A stretch of DNA of 35,836 nucleotides from a virus (Duplodnaviria > Heunggongvirae > Uroviricota > Caudoviricetes). Below are positions 35,113 through 35,836 of this stretch, piece by piece. The DNA lies in IMG/VR virus record IMGVR_UViG_3300021400_001778, positions 72,923-108,758 of that record, one strand, 5' to 3'. Numbering within the stretch: the first letter of the stretch is position 1; every line of letters begins with the position of its first letter. A program made the position numbers and the translations under genes. A model generated the notes under the pieces. The model saw only the letters and a program-made list of their open reading frames with translations, made no database searches and was not told the DNA's origin.

Positions 35113-35126
35113 CGAACACATGTTCG
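35113..35126. promoter_or_regulatory. Perfect Gram-positive LexA box
   Basis: CGAACACATGTTCG matches CGAACRNRYGTTCG. Confidence 0.88.
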
Positions 35127-35163
35127 GATACGGCATGGGGCGGAATGCCCCCCATTCATTCAC

Positions 35164-35555
35164 CGCGAAAATATCACTAAAACATCACGAACCCCACGAA
35201 AACCACCACGGAAAATCCCACAAAGCACCTTGCACCAACGCATAATCCCCCGAAAATTTCGCGACGGGAAAACACACAATTCCTACGCTAAAATTTACTT
35301 TAGTAAGTTTAATTTTACTAAACTTTTTGTTTACCATTCCCGCGAAAACGCAAAATCCCGCGAAAATTCAAAATTTGCCAAAAATTGCTAAAATTTCTTC
35401 ATTTTTTGTTGTTTTTGCGCGAAAAATCAATGTTTTTTGTTATTTTTGGGCGGTTTTTGTTCATTCCGAGAAATCGCCAAGAGAGGAAATGGCGCGAAAA
35501 AACAGTAATTAAGACATGCGTATTATATGCGGATTTGCGTATTTTGGCGCGAAAA
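35164..35555. repeat. Six CGCGAAAA motifs plus helically phased A/T tracts
   Basis: CGCGAAAA at 35164, 35341, 35359, 35418, 35493, 35548; tracts about every 10-11 bp from 35370 to 35458. Confidence 0.8.
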
Positions 35556-35688
35556 ATTGCGCGGCTGAGTTTTGCGGCTGAGTTCTATTTCTGGAATTCA
35601 TCGCCAAGACAGAAATTTTAACATTGCCGCCGCGGGCGGCTTATAGTTCTCTCCCGCCGAAGAAAATTAAATGCTTATACCACTTATA

Positions 35689-35836
35689 TATTATTTATAA
35701 GACAGATTATGCATATTATGAATAATATTATATTTAATGATTTATATATTATTATTTATTATATATAGATTTATATATATTATTTATGAGACCAATTATG
35801 TATATTATGATTATTATTTATAAGACCAATTATGTA
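35689..35836. repeat. Extremely AT-rich zone with three ~33-bp imperfect repeats
   Basis: TATTATTTATRAGAC.ATTATGYATATTATGA at 35689, 35778 and 35812 (last one truncated by the window end). Confidence 0.8.

Noticed and set aside
34857-35836. CRISPR or mini-array from the short repeats
   Set aside because: Repeats are too short or degenerate, and spacers are not unique ~30-40-bp units.

Overview
A 35.8-kb segment of a large, AT-rich, probably temperate dsDNA phage of a Bacillota host (SigA promoters, AAGGAGG RBS, Gram-positive SOS boxes). Essentially all real genes lie on the minus strand and read right to left. At the right end is about 2.8 kb of non-coding DNA (33044-35836). It holds a dense cluster of host transcription-factor operators with no gene beside them (tandem CIRCE/HrcA, parS, LexA box, cre/CcpA, two NrdR box pairs, an ARG box, CodY-like boxes), iteron-like and AT-rich repeats, phased A-tracts, an alternating purine-pyrimidine tract and a heavily base-paired ~640-nt RNA ending in a tRNA-like cloverleaf. 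Next come about 50 mostly small early/accessory genes, including ArdC-like, DUF262, Lar-like, DUF2786, pentapeptide/DUF5758 and double-XRE proteins. These are followed by a tyrosine recombinase plus an SPbeta MrpR/YopR-like repressor, then a LexA-boxed promoter driving a replication module (Sak, SSB, DnaB, primase, PD-(D/E)XK exonuclease, DnaE, ERCC4 nuclease). The top candidates for undescribed biology are the orphan host-operator array (possible repressor decoy/sponge) and the large structured RNA. All protein assignments are from motif recognition by eye, with no database search.
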